From contig CAVXPZ010000003.1 of the NCBI GenBank assembly GCA_963763775.1, positions 320,001-384,000 on the forward strand: a stretch of DNA of 64,000 nucleotides, written 5' to 3'. The stretch comes from an uncultured Chloroflexia bacterium. GTDB lineage: Bacteria; Chloroflexota; Limnocylindria; Limnocylindrales; CSP1-4. Below, piece by piece: positions 10,911-19,257 of the stretch (positions are counted from its first letter, which is position 1; every line of letters begins with the position of its first letter). The notes under the pieces were generated by a model that was not told where the DNA came from, searched no databases, and saw only the letters and a program-made list of their open reading frames with translations. Position numbers and translations under genes: made by a program.

Positions 10911-11653
10911 GCGCGATGGACTACAGCGGCCCGGAGCGACGTCGGGGTGGACCCGACCGTCGCAACCTCGAACAACGGACACGGATCCTCATCGTCGACG
11001 ATCACGCCCTGTTCCGGGTCGGGATCAGCAACATCCTGAGCCGCGAGCCCGACCTCGAGATCGTGGCCGAGGCCGACGACTCGCGGAGTGCGGTGGACCG
11101 CGCCCTCGAGACCTCGCCGGACCTCGTCCTGATGGACCTGTCCCTGCCGGCGCCCGGCGGCATCGAGACGACCCAGCGGATCAAGCGCGAGCTCCCCTCG
11201 ACCGCGATCATCGTGCTGGCGGTCAGCGAGGACGAGGACGCCCTGTTCGATGCGATCAAGGCCGGCGCGGCGGCGTTCATCCTCAAGGACGTCGGCCCCG
11301 ACGACCTCGTGACCATCATCCGGCGCGTCGTCGCTGGCGAGTACCTGATCAACGACAAGGTCTTCGCCAAGCCGGCCGTGGCGTCGCGCGTGCTCAAGGA
11401 GTTCCGCGAGCTCGCCGTCTACGGCCAGGACGCGGCGCCGATCTTCGCCCCGCTCTCCCCGCGCGAGGTCGAGATCCTCGACAACATCGCGCAGGGCATG
11501 ACGAACAAGCAGGTGGCCTACGCGCTGTCGATCAGCGAGCAGACCGTCAAGAACCACATGAGCTCCATCCTCCGGAAGCTCTCGGTCAATGACCGGACCC
11601 AGGCCGTGGTGTACGCCATGCGCCAGGGCTGGATCCGGATGCCGGAGGACTGA
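10907..11653 (+). CDS. NarL/DegU-family response regulator (REC + LuxR HTH) with an Arg-rich N-terminal extension
   Basis: ILIVDDH, LMDLSLP, FILKD, LSPREVEIL...GMTNKQVA...SEQTVKNHMSSILRKL. Confidence 0.95.
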   Translation: MSAMDYSGPERRRGGPDRRNLEQRTRILIVDDHALFRVGISNILSREPDLEIVAEADDSRSAVDRALETSPDLVLMDLSLPAPGGIETTQRIKRELPSTAIIVLAVSEDEDALFDAIKAGAAAFILKDVGPDDLVTIIRRVVAGEYLINDKVFAKPAVASRVLKEFRELAVYGQDAAPIFAPLSPREVEILDNIAQGMTNKQVAYALSISEQTVKNHMSSILRKLSVNDRTQAVVYAMRQGWIRMPED

Positions 11654-11694
11654 ACGATCGCGACCCAAGCGTCCCACGCGACCCAGGATCGACC

Positions 11695-12930
11695 ATGACC
11701 GACGCCGTCACCGAACCGACCGCGGCACCGTTGGCGGTGCCGCCGCCTGCCGACCTCGAGGAACTCGGAGCGCGACTGAACGAGGATGTCGCGCGCCTGG
11801 ATTCCGAGCTCGGCGAGGTCGACCTCCTCGTCACGCAGGCCAAGACCGAGGCGGCGCGACACGAGACCCGGCGGACGGCGGCGGCCGACAAGCTCGCGGC
11901 GCTCTCCCGCGACGGTGCCCCGGCCGATGCGCTCGAAGCCAGCACGCAGCTCGTGAACCTCACCAGGCGGGCCGCCCTGATGGAGTCGCAGGTGGACGTC
12001 CTCGAGGGCAAGCGGCGGGCTCTGGCGCGTCACCGCGAGACCATCGCCGCGTACGCCGAGATCGTGGCCGCCATGGACCCGTCGACCGGCATCGCGGCCG
12101 CACCGGCACCGGGTGCCGCCAAGCCGGCGGCGAAGCGTCCGGCCGGGGACACCGCCGGGACGCCGCCCGCGGTCTCCAAGGCCGTCCTGTCCGGCCAGGA
12201 GGACCTCCGCCGCGAGATCGCGCGGGCGATGCACGACGGACCCGCCCAGAGCCTGACGAACATCGTCCTGCAGGCCCAGATCGTGGAACGCCTCGTCACC
12301 AAGGACCCGGTGCTGGCGCAGGGCGAGGTCCGCCAGCTCGTCGCGATGGTCCAGCAGACCCTCGAAGCGACCAAGACCTTCATCTTCGACGTGCGACCGA
12401 TGGTGCTCGACGACCTCGGGCTCGTCCCGACACTGCGGCGGGCCGCGCGCGAGCGTGGCCAACGGGCCGGCATCAGCATCGAGTTCGAGTCGCTCGGCCA
12501 GGACCGCCGACTCTCGATGGACCTCGAGAGCGGGCTGTTCCGGATCCTCGACGAGGCGCTCGTCGCCTATCTCGAGCGATCACCCGATCAGCTGTCCCTC
12601 CGGATCGACTGGACGCCCGAGCACGTCGAGGCGCACGTCATCGCGGCGCGCAACGCCAAGGCGGGTGGCGCGGCCGAGCCGGCGCCCGTGGCGGCTCCCG
12701 TCGAGGGCAAGGACCTCCCGCCGGCCCTCGCGGCCATGATGGAGGACCGCCGCGCGGACGCCCGCGACGCCGCCGAGGCCGCCCGCAAGGAGGCGATCGT
12801 CGCGCTGCCACCGACCGCCTGGCGCGAGATCCAGAGCCGCGCGGCCATGATCGGGGCCACCGTCGAGCTCCAGGCGGAGGGCGCCGAGCTCCATCTCGTG
12901 GTCGAGGCACCCGCCGACGCCGAGGGGTGA
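11695..12930 (+). CDS. HisKA_3 kinase-like protein with intact H-box but degenerate ATP-binding domain
   Basis: N-terminal coiled coil; REIARAMHDGPAQSLTNI; RPMVLDDLGL. N-box reads EALVAYLERS, and DxGxGF and GxGL are absent. Confidence 0.8.
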   Translation: MTDAVTEPTAAPLAVPPPADLEELGARLNEDVARLDSELGEVDLLVTQAKTEAARHETRRTAAADKLAALSRDGAPADALEASTQLVNLTRRAALMESQVDVLEGKRRALARHRETIAAYAEIVAAMDPSTGIAAAPAPGAAKPAAKRPAGDTAGTPPAVSKAVLSGQEDLRREIARAMHDGPAQSLTNIVLQAQIVERLVTKDPVLAQGEVRQLVAMVQQTLEATKTFIFDVRPMVLDDLGLVPTLRRAARERGQRAGISIEFESLGQDRRLSMDLESGLFRILDEALVAYLERSPDQLSLRIDWTPEHVEAHVIAARNAKAGGAAEPAPVAAPVEGKDLPPALAAMMEDRRADARDAAEAARKEAIVALPPTAWREIQSRAAMIGATVELQAEGAELHLVVEAPADAEG

Positions 12931-12931
12931 C

Positions 12932-13099
12932 GTGGCCGCTCGACGGCGACCGCTCGCCCAGGGGTTGGTCGAGTACGGACTGATCCTCGCCCTGACGGCG
13001 GTCTTCACCGTCCTGATCCTTGGCGTCTTCGGCGGCACCGTCGCCGACATCCTCGGCGTCATCGGCACGGCGATCGATGCGGCCACCGGTGGCTCCTGA
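12932..13099 (+). CDS. Divergent Flp (type IVb/c) pilin-like protein, 55 aa, not in the ORF track
   Basis: Manual translation: MAARRRPLA-QGLVEYGLILALTAVFTVLILGVFGGTVADILGVIGTAIDAATGGS; Flp EY motif followed by a hydrophobic helix. Confidence 0.7.
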   Translation: MAARRRPLAQGLVEYGLILALTAVFTVLILGVFGGTVADILGVIGTAIDAATGGS

Positions 13100-13231
13100 T
13101 GGTGTCCGGCCGCACACAGATGGGTCAGGGTCCCGTCAGTACCATCGCGCTAGTGTGTTCCGTGGAGCGTCCTTCATATATTGGCGCAGCCCTCGCATTT
13201 GGGGGTTGAGTACTCATCCAGGAGGCCACAC

Positions 13232-13414
13232 ATGGCGCTCATCACGGATCTCTACCTTCGAGTGGTCGACGCGCTCGACCGCGACGAGGACGGCCAGGGT
13301 CTGGCCGAGTACGCCCTGATCCTCGCGCTCATCGCGATCGTCGCGATCATCGCCCTGATCTTCCTGGGCGGCCAGGTCAGCAAGATCCTCAGCACCGTCG
13401 GCAACTCGGTCTAG
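13232..13414 (+). CDS. flp: Flp pilin 1
   Basis: GGAGG RBS; DRDEDG/QGLAEYALILALIAIVAIIALIFLGGQVSKILSTVGNSV. Confidence 0.95.
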   Translation: MALITDLYLRVVDALDRDEDGQGLAEYALILALIAIVAIIALIFLGGQVSKILSTVGNSV

Positions 13415-13437
13415 TACCGGGTCACCACCCAAGCGTT

Positions 13438-13474
13438 CGAGACCGCCGCACCCCTCGGGGTCGCGGCGGTCTCG
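13438..13474 (+). terminator. Stem-loop after flp1
   Basis: CGAGACCGCCGC / GCGGCGGTCTCG 12-bp stem with an inner ACCCC/GGGGT extension; no long U tract. Confidence 0.6.
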
Positions 13475-13507
13475 GCATATCTGGGCGGAATAGGGATATT
13501 GGGACGG

Positions 13508-13537
13508 TTGACAGTGTTCACGGACCACACGTACCGT
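13508..13537 (+). promoter_or_regulatory. Sigma70-like promoter for flp2
   Basis: TTGACA-18 nt-TACCGT upstream of an AAAGGAGG RBS. Confidence 0.55.
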
Positions 13538-13589
13538 GACGCGGCCCCCGGCCAGTCCGGGGAGATCTGAAGAAAGGAGGTGTCCACCA

Positions 13590-13763
13590 ATGACGTCGTT
13601 CTACCTTCGAGTCATGGAGCTTATCGACCGTGACGAAGACGGCCAGGGTCTGGCCGAGTACGCCCTGATCCTCGCACTCATCGCGATCGTTGCGATCATC
13701 GCCCTGATCTTCCTGGGCGGCCAGGTCAGCAAGATCCTCAGCACCGTCGGCAACTCGGTCTAG
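13590..13763 (+). CDS. flp: Flp pilin 2 (mature pilin identical to flp1)
   Basis: AAAGGAGGTG RBS; MTSFYLRVMELIDRDEDG/QGLAEY...GNSV. Confidence 0.95.
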   Translation: MTSFYLRVMELIDRDEDGQGLAEYALILALIAIVAIIALIFLGGQVSKILSTVGNSV

Positions 13764-13788
13764 TACCGGGTCACCACTGACGTAGCGT

Positions 13789-13824
13789 CGAGACCGCCTT
13801 CGCCATATGGCGTCGGCGGTCTCG
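13789..13824 (+). terminator. Stem-loop after flp2
   Basis: CGAGACCGCC / GGCGGTCTCG stem (same outer stem as after flp1), inner CGCCA/TGGCG, followed by CCATTT. Confidence 0.6.
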
Positions 13825-13872
13825 CCATTTCCCAGGTGGTGCGTGGACGCCGGGAACCGGACCTTTCGACCA

Positions 13873-13900
13873 TTGACGCTCCCTCCACGCACCGTACTGT
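13873..13900 (+). promoter_or_regulatory. Sigma70-like promoter for flp3
   Basis: TTGACG-16 nt-TACTGT upstream of an AAAGGAGG RBS. Confidence 0.5.
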
Positions 13901-13981
13901 GGGGTCACCTTGAGCTACCGATCTCCGGTGCCTCGGGGTGTCGACACCACGAGTCCTGGCCGGAAAGGAGGTAAAGAGCAG

Positions 13982-14158
13982 ATGCATCCATGGACATCGA
14001 TCCAGCAGCTCCTGCGGTACGACCGCGACGATGCTGGACAAGGCCTCGCCGAGTACGCACTGATCCTTGCACTTATCGCCATCGTCGCCATCGTGGCCTT
14101 GCTGTACCTGGGTGGTCAGATCAGCGACAAGCTGAGCATCATCGGTAGCGCGATCTGA
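13982..14158 (+). CDS. flp: Flp pilin 3
   Basis: AAAGGAGGT RBS; DRDDAG/QGLAEYALILALIAIVAIVALLYLGGQISDKLSIIGSAI. Confidence 0.93.
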   Translation: MHPWTSIQQLLRYDRDDAGQGLAEYALILALIAIVAIVALLYLGGQISDKLSIIGSAI

Positions 14159-14198
14159 CGACCCGTCGCCTCGCGACCGAAACCCCACCGCTCGATGG

Positions 14199-14228
14199 AC
14201 GGCCCGCCGGGATCTCCCGGCGGGCCGT
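14199..14228 (+). terminator. Stem-loop after flp3
   Basis: ACGGCCCGCCGGG-ATCT-CCCGGCGGGCCGT, 13-bp perfect stem. Confidence 0.65.
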
Positions 14229-14436
14229 TCGCTGTCCATGAGCGCGGGTCGCGCCGTCGCCGCACCAAGCCGGCGCACCGGGCCGGAGGACTCGGCGAGC
14301 CACCTTGCGGCCGACCTTGCGTCAAGCGTGAAATCCTCCGCTTTCCTCCCAATGGTCCTAGCCCTTTCGTATAGTCGCGGGCGATTCGGGCGGTGCTACA
14401 GTGGTGCCACCTGTCACACGCCTCGGGGAGAAAAAC

Positions 14437-15360
14437 TTGAAGCGCTCTAATCGACTTGTCCTGCTCGTCGGGGTCTTCCTGGCGGTCGTGGCATTCATCG
14501 GGATCATCTTCCTGTCCAACGGCGGCGGAGGCGGCGAGATCAAAGCGCCGACCACCGGGCCGGTCGTGGTCGCGTCCGCGGACATCCCGCTGTCGACGCG
14601 AATCCGCGCGGACCAGGTGACCACGAAGACCGTGGACCTCACGGCCATCTCGGCCGGGGCCTTCACGGACACGTCCCAGGTCATCGGCAAGATCGCGCGT
14701 GAGCCGGTCGCGACCGGGGCGCAGATCACGTCGACCACCCTCAGCGGTGGCAACGCCGGGTCGATCCTCGACATCCAGGTCCCGGTGGGCCAGCGCGCGA
14801 TCGCGGTCCAGGTGGACCAGGTCACGGGCGTCGGCACGGTGATCCAGACCGGCGACTACGTCGACATGGTCATCGGCCTCCAGGGCGACAAGTTCCCCGT
14901 CATCACGGTCAACCCGGCCGACAACTCGGTCACGGTCGTGAGCGGCATCAACAGCACGAGCACCAAGCTCCTCCTGCAGGGCATGCAGGTGCTGGGCACG
15001 CTCCTGCCGCCCGCGGCCCAGGGCACGACGACCACGGACTCGAGCTCGGGCACGACCACGACCAACCCGGACGGCACGACCACCACGACGCCCCCGGCCA
15101 CGTCGCTCAACGGGCAGCAGCAGATCGTCGTCCTGTCGGTCACCCCGCAACAGGCCGAAGTCATCAAGTTCGCCCAGCTCGACTCTTCGATCAGCCTCAT
15201 CCTCCGCTCCGCGGACGACTTCATCGACCCGGTGACCGGTGAGGCCATCACCCCGCTGCCGGCCGACACGACCGGCGTCATCCTCAAGACCCTCGTCGAC
15301 ACCTACGGCGTCCTGCCGCCGGAAGTCGTCGAGACCGTGACCCCCGCCACCAAGAAGTAG
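14437..15360 (+). CDS. cpaB: Flp pilus assembly protein CpaB/RcpC
   Basis: N-terminal TM, SAF domain (VVVASADIP), GQRAIAV...GDYVDM, LLLQGMQVL, LSVTPQQAE; TTG start after GGGGAG. Confidence 0.9.
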   Translation: MKRSNRLVLLVGVFLAVVAFIGIIFLSNGGGGGEIKAPTTGPVVVASADIPLSTRIRADQVTTKTVDLTAISAGAFTDTSQVIGKIAREPVATGAQITSTTLSGGNAGSILDIQVPVGQRAIAVQVDQVTGVGTVIQTGDYVDMVIGLQGDKFPVITVNPADNSVTVVSGINSTSTKLLLQGMQVLGTLLPPAAQGTTTTDSSSGTTTTNPDGTTTTTPPATSLNGQQQIVVLSVTPQQAEVIKFAQLDSSISLILRSADDFIDPVTGEAITPLPADTTGVILKTLVDTYGVLPPEVVETVTPATKK

Positions 15361-15500
15361 CCGGTTCGGCCGACCCTCGGCCGGACCACTCTCCCCGAGC
15401 CAAGACGCGACGGGCGCGACGGACCGCTCCAGGTCCCGCGCTCGTCGTGGTCCCGGCTCCCCGATCCGCGACCCTCCCACCGATTGGAACCCAGATCGAG

Positions 15501-16757
15501 ATGACCGACCAGATCCGCGTCCTCGTCGTCGACGACATCCCCGAGACCCGCGACCATCTGTCGAAGCTCCTGAGCTTCGAGAGCGATATCGACGTGGTCG
15601 GTTCGGCGGCCTCCGGACGTGAAGCCCTCGAGATGGCCGGCACCCTCCTCCCGGATGTCGTCCTGATGGACATCAACATGCCGGACATGGACGGCATCGC
15701 CGCCACCGAGCAGCTGTCGGCCACCGTGCCGTCCGCGGCCGTGGTCATGATGTCGGTCCAGGGCGAGGCGGACTACCTCCGCCGCTCGATGCTCGCCGGA
15801 GCGCGCGAGTTCCTCGTGAAGCCCTTCAGCTCGGACGAGCTGACGTCTTCGATCCGACAGGTCTATGCGCGAGAGCGCGACAAGCAGAGCCGCATGGCCC
15901 CGGTCGCCGCCCCGGCGGCACCGGTCCCGCCGTCGGCGAGCGGCGCCCCGGGCGATCCCGGCCTCGTCGTCGCCGTCTTCAGCCCGAAGGGCGGCGTCGG
16001 CCGCACGACCGTCGCGGTCAATCTCGCCGTCGCCGCCGCCACCGAGCTCGGCAAGCGCGTCGTGATCGTCGACGGCTCGTTCCAGTTCGGCGACGTCGGC
16101 GTGCTGCTCAACCTGAACCCGAAGGGCAAGTCGATCGCGGACCTGGCTCCCGAGCTCGAAGCCGGTGAGGTCGAGTCGCTCGACAGCTTCGTCATCAACC
16201 ATTCGGCCGGCGTGCGCGTCCTCCTGGCGCCCCCGAGCCCCGAGATGGCCGAGCTCATCACCCCGACCGGGATCCGCAAGGTCATCGAGGGCCTGCGCCG
16301 CGACCACGACCTGGTCGTCGTGGACTGCACGGCCTACTTCAACGACACCACCCTGGCCATCCTCGACGCCGCGGACATCATCCTCACGATGCTCAGCCTC
16401 GAGATCACCAGCATCAAGAACATGCGCTTGTTCCTCGAAGTGGCCGACCAGCTCGGCTACGAGAGCAGCAAGGTGCGCCTGGTCCTCAACCGGGCGGACT
16501 CGACGCTCGGCATCCGCGTCGCGGACGTCGAGCACTCGATCGGGCGCAAGGTCGACGAGACGATCGTCAGCGACGGTCGGAGCGTTGTGTACGCGCTCAA
16601 TCGTGGCGTACCGTTCTTCCTGTCGAACAAGGAGGCGCAGGTGTCGCAGGACATCCTCCGCCTCGCCCGCACGGTCGTCGGCGACCGGGCGAGTATCGCT
16701 ACCGCCGACGACAAGGCGAAAGCCACCCAGAAGAAGTCACTGTTCTCATTCCGATGA
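15501..16757 (+). CDS. cpaE: CpaE/TadZ (REC + MinD/ParA-like ATPase)
   Basis: VLVVDD...LMDINMP receiver; SPKGGVGRTT deviant Walker A; QFGD. Confidence 0.9.
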   Translation: MTDQIRVLVVDDIPETRDHLSKLLSFESDIDVVGSAASGREALEMAGTLLPDVVLMDINMPDMDGIAATEQLSATVPSAAVVMMSVQGEADYLRRSMLAGAREFLVKPFSSDELTSSIRQVYARERDKQSRMAPVAAPAAPVPPSASGAPGDPGLVVAVFSPKGGVGRTTVAVNLAVAAATELGKRVVIVDGSFQFGDVGVLLNLNPKGKSIADLAPELEAGEVESLDSFVINHSAGVRVLLAPPSPEMAELITPTGIRKVIEGLRRDHDLVVVDCTAYFNDTTLAILDAADIILTMLSLEITSIKNMRLFLEVADQLGYESSKVRLVLNRADSTLGIRVADVEHSIGRKVDETIVSDGRSVVYALNRGVPFFLSNKEAQVSQDILRLARTVVGDRASIATADDKAKATQKKSLFSFR

Positions 16758-16801
16758 CCACCGTCGTAGCGAGCCCCCTGGGGCGAGAAGGGGTATAGGC
16801 G

Positions 16802-18217
16802 ATGTCCCTCCTGAAGCGGATCGAGAGTGCTCGTCCAGGGTCCAGCGGGGCCCCGGAGAGCCAGCCCGGCGCGCCCGGTTCCAACCTGCCGGCGGTGCCG
16901 GGAGGTCCACCCGCGGGTGCCCCGACGTCGCCAAGGCTGACCAGCCAGGCGCCGGCGCGGGAATCGTTCCGGGACGTCAAGTTCCGGATCCAGAACCGCG
17001 TCATCCAGGACCTGGACCCGAAGCTCGACCTGTCCAACCAGGTCGAGGTCCGGCGCCAGATCGAGGAGATCTTCGGCAAGGTCATCGACGAGGAAGGCCT
17101 CGCCCTGACCCGCGCCGAGCGCGTCCGGATGCTCGAGCAGATCACGGACGAGATCATCGGTCTCGGCCCGCTGGAGCCGCTCCTGCGCGATGAGTCCATC
17201 ACCGAGGTGATGGTCAACGGGCCTCGCCAGGTCTACATCGAACGCTCGGGCAAGCTCGAGCTGACCAACGTCGTGTTCCAGAACGACGACCACGTGATGC
17301 GGATCATCGACCGGATCATCGCCCCGATCGGTCGCCGCGTCGACGAGTCCAGCCCGATGGTCGACGCCCGTCTGACCGACGGCTCGCGCGTCAACGCGAT
17401 CATCCCGCCGCTCTCGCTGGTCGGCCCGGTCATCACGATCCGGAAGTTCTCCGCGTCGCCCTTCACCGTCGACGATCTCATCCGCTTCGGGACCGCGACG
17501 GCCGACATGTTCGACTTCCTGCGCGCCTGCGTGGAAGCTCGCCTGAACATCTTCGTGTCCGGCGGCACGGGCTCCGGCAAGACCACGACCCTCAACGTCC
17601 TCTCCTCGTTCATCCCGAACGACGAGCGGATCGTCACGATCGAGGACGCGGCCGAGCTCCAGCTCCGCCAGGAGCACGTGGTCACGCTCGAGTCGCGGCC
17701 GCCGAACATCGAAGGCAAGGGCGCGATCCCGATCCGCGAGCTCGTGCGCAACGCCCTGCGGATGCGGCCCGACCGCATCATCGTCGGGGAGTGCCGTTCG
17801 GGCGAGGCCCTGGACATGCTCCAGGCCATGAACACCGGCCACGACGGTTCGATGTCGACCGGTCACGCCAACAGTCCGCGCGACATGCTGTCGCGCCTCG
17901 AGACGATGGTCCTCATGGCCGGCGTCGACCTGCCCCTGCGGGCCATCCGCGAGCAGGTCGCCTCGGCCGTCGACCTCATCGTGCAGCAGAGCCGGCTCAA
18001 GGACGGCACCCGCAAGATCGTGAACATCACCGAGGTCCAGGGCATGGAGGGTGATGTGATCGTCATGCAGGACGTCTTCGTCTTCGAGCAGACCGGCGTC
18101 GTCGAGGGCAAGATCCAGGGCCGGCTGAAGCCGACCGGGATCCGGCCCAAGTTCGTGGAGAAGTTCGAGGTCATGGGCATCAACCTGCCGCCTGGCCTGT
18201 TCGGCTTCACGTACTAG
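16802..18217 (+). CDS. cpaF: CpaF/TadA pilus assembly ATPase
   Basis: GLGPLEPLL, GGTGSGKTT, IEDAAEL, LRMRPDRIIVGE, AMNTGHDG. Confidence 0.97.
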   Translation: MSLLKRIESARPGSSGAPESQPGAPGSNLPAVPGGPPAGAPTSPRLTSQAPARESFRDVKFRIQNRVIQDLDPKLDLSNQVEVRRQIEEIFGKVIDEEGLALTRAERVRMLEQITDEIIGLGPLEPLLRDESITEVMVNGPRQVYIERSGKLELTNVVFQNDDHVMRIIDRIIAPIGRRVDESSPMVDARLTDGSRVNAIIPPLSLVGPVITIRKFSASPFTVDDLIRFGTATADMFDFLRACVEARLNIFVSGGTGSGKTTTLNVLSSFIPNDERIVTIEDAAELQLRQEHVVTLESRPPNIEGKGAIPIRELVRNALRMRPDRIIVGECRSGEALDMLQAMNTGHDGSMSTGHANSPRDMLSRLETMVLMAGVDLPLRAIREQVASAVDLIVQQSRLKDGTRKIVNITEVQGMEGDVIVMQDVFVFEQTGVVEGKIQGRLKPTGIRPKFVEKFEVMGINLPPGLFGFTY

Positions 18218-18239
18218 GCAGCGGAAGGAGCTAACGCCC

Positions 18240-19253
18240 GTGGACCCCATGACGCTCGCGATCGCAGGTGTCGCCGCTCTGGCGATCCTGTTCATCGCGT
18301 TCGGCGTCGCGACCTCGGGCGGATCGGGGATCTCCGACCGCCTCGAGCGCTACGCCTCGACCAAACCGCAGGAAAAGAAGTCCTCCTCCTCCGGGCAGGG
18401 GAACCTCGGCGACCTGATCACCCAGAGCGCCACGCTCGCGAGCCTGAACAAGGTCGTCGAGCAGCGCGACTTCGGCGCCAACCTCTCGCGGGAGATCGCG
18501 CGCGCCGACCTCAAGCTCAAGCCATCCGAGTACATCCTCATCTGGATCGGCACCACCATCGGCGTGCCGGTCGGGATGTTCCTCCTCTCGGTCTTCCTGC
18601 CGACGCTCGGCAACCCGATCTTCCTGCTCATCGGCGCACTCGTCGGTTTCTTCATCCCTCGCTTCTGGCTCAGCCGCCGCAAGAGCGGCCGACTGAATTC
18701 CTTCAACAAGCAGCTGCCGGACACGATCACCCTGATCGCGAACGCCCTGCGCGCTGGTTCGTCGTTCCTGCAGGCCATCGAGCTCGTCGTTCGCGAGTCC
18801 CGGCCGCCGATCTCCACGGAGTTCGGCCGGGTCATCCGCGAGGTCAACCTCGGCCTGCCGTTCGACCAGGCGCTCGAGAACATGGTCCGGCGCGTCCGGT
18901 CCGACGATCTCGAGCTGATGGCCACGGCCATCTCGATCCAGCACCAGGTCGGCGGCAACCTCGCCGAGATCCTCGACTCGATCGCGTACACGATCCGCGA
19001 GCGAGTCCGCATCAAGGGCGAGATCCGGACGCTGACGGCGCAGCAGCGACTGTCGGGCTACGTGGTCGGCTTCCTGCCGATCGGTCTGGCCGGCTTCCTG
19101 TTCATCGCGGCCCCGGGATTCATGACCCCGATGTTCCAGCGACCTCCCGAGCTCATCGGGCTCCCGGGTGGCGTGATCATCCTCATCATCGGTGGCGTGA
19201 TGATGTTCATCGGGTTCATGTTCATCCGCAAGATCGTCGACATCGAGGTCTAG
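18240..19253 (+). CDS. tadB: TadB (T2SSF family)
   Basis: FNKQLPD...ALRAG, VGGNLAEIL, IRER...IRTLTAQ. Confidence 0.92.
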   Translation: MDPMTLAIAGVAALAILFIAFGVATSGGSGISDRLERYASTKPQEKKSSSSGQGNLGDLITQSATLASLNKVVEQRDFGANLSREIARADLKLKPSEYILIWIGTTIGVPVGMFLLSVFLPTLGNPIFLLIGALVGFFIPRFWLSRRKSGRLNSFNKQLPDTITLIANALRAGSSFLQAIELVVRESRPPISTEFGRVIREVNLGLPFDQALENMVRRVRSDDLELMATAISIQHQVGGNLAEILDSIAYTIRERVRIKGEIRTLTAQQRLSGYVVGFLPIGLAGFLFIAAPGFMTPMFQRPPELIGLPGGVIILIIGGVMMFIGFMFIRKIVDIEV

Positions 19254-19257
19254 CCCG

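Noticed and set aside
13440-13980. c-di-GMP riboswitches in flp leaders
   Set aside because: Only simple hairpins; could not find class I or II consensus features by eye.
13232-14158. Repeats resembling a CRISPR array or DGR template/variable pair
   Set aside because: Repeats are pilin coding sequences with synonymous changes; no spacers, cas genes or reverse transcriptase.
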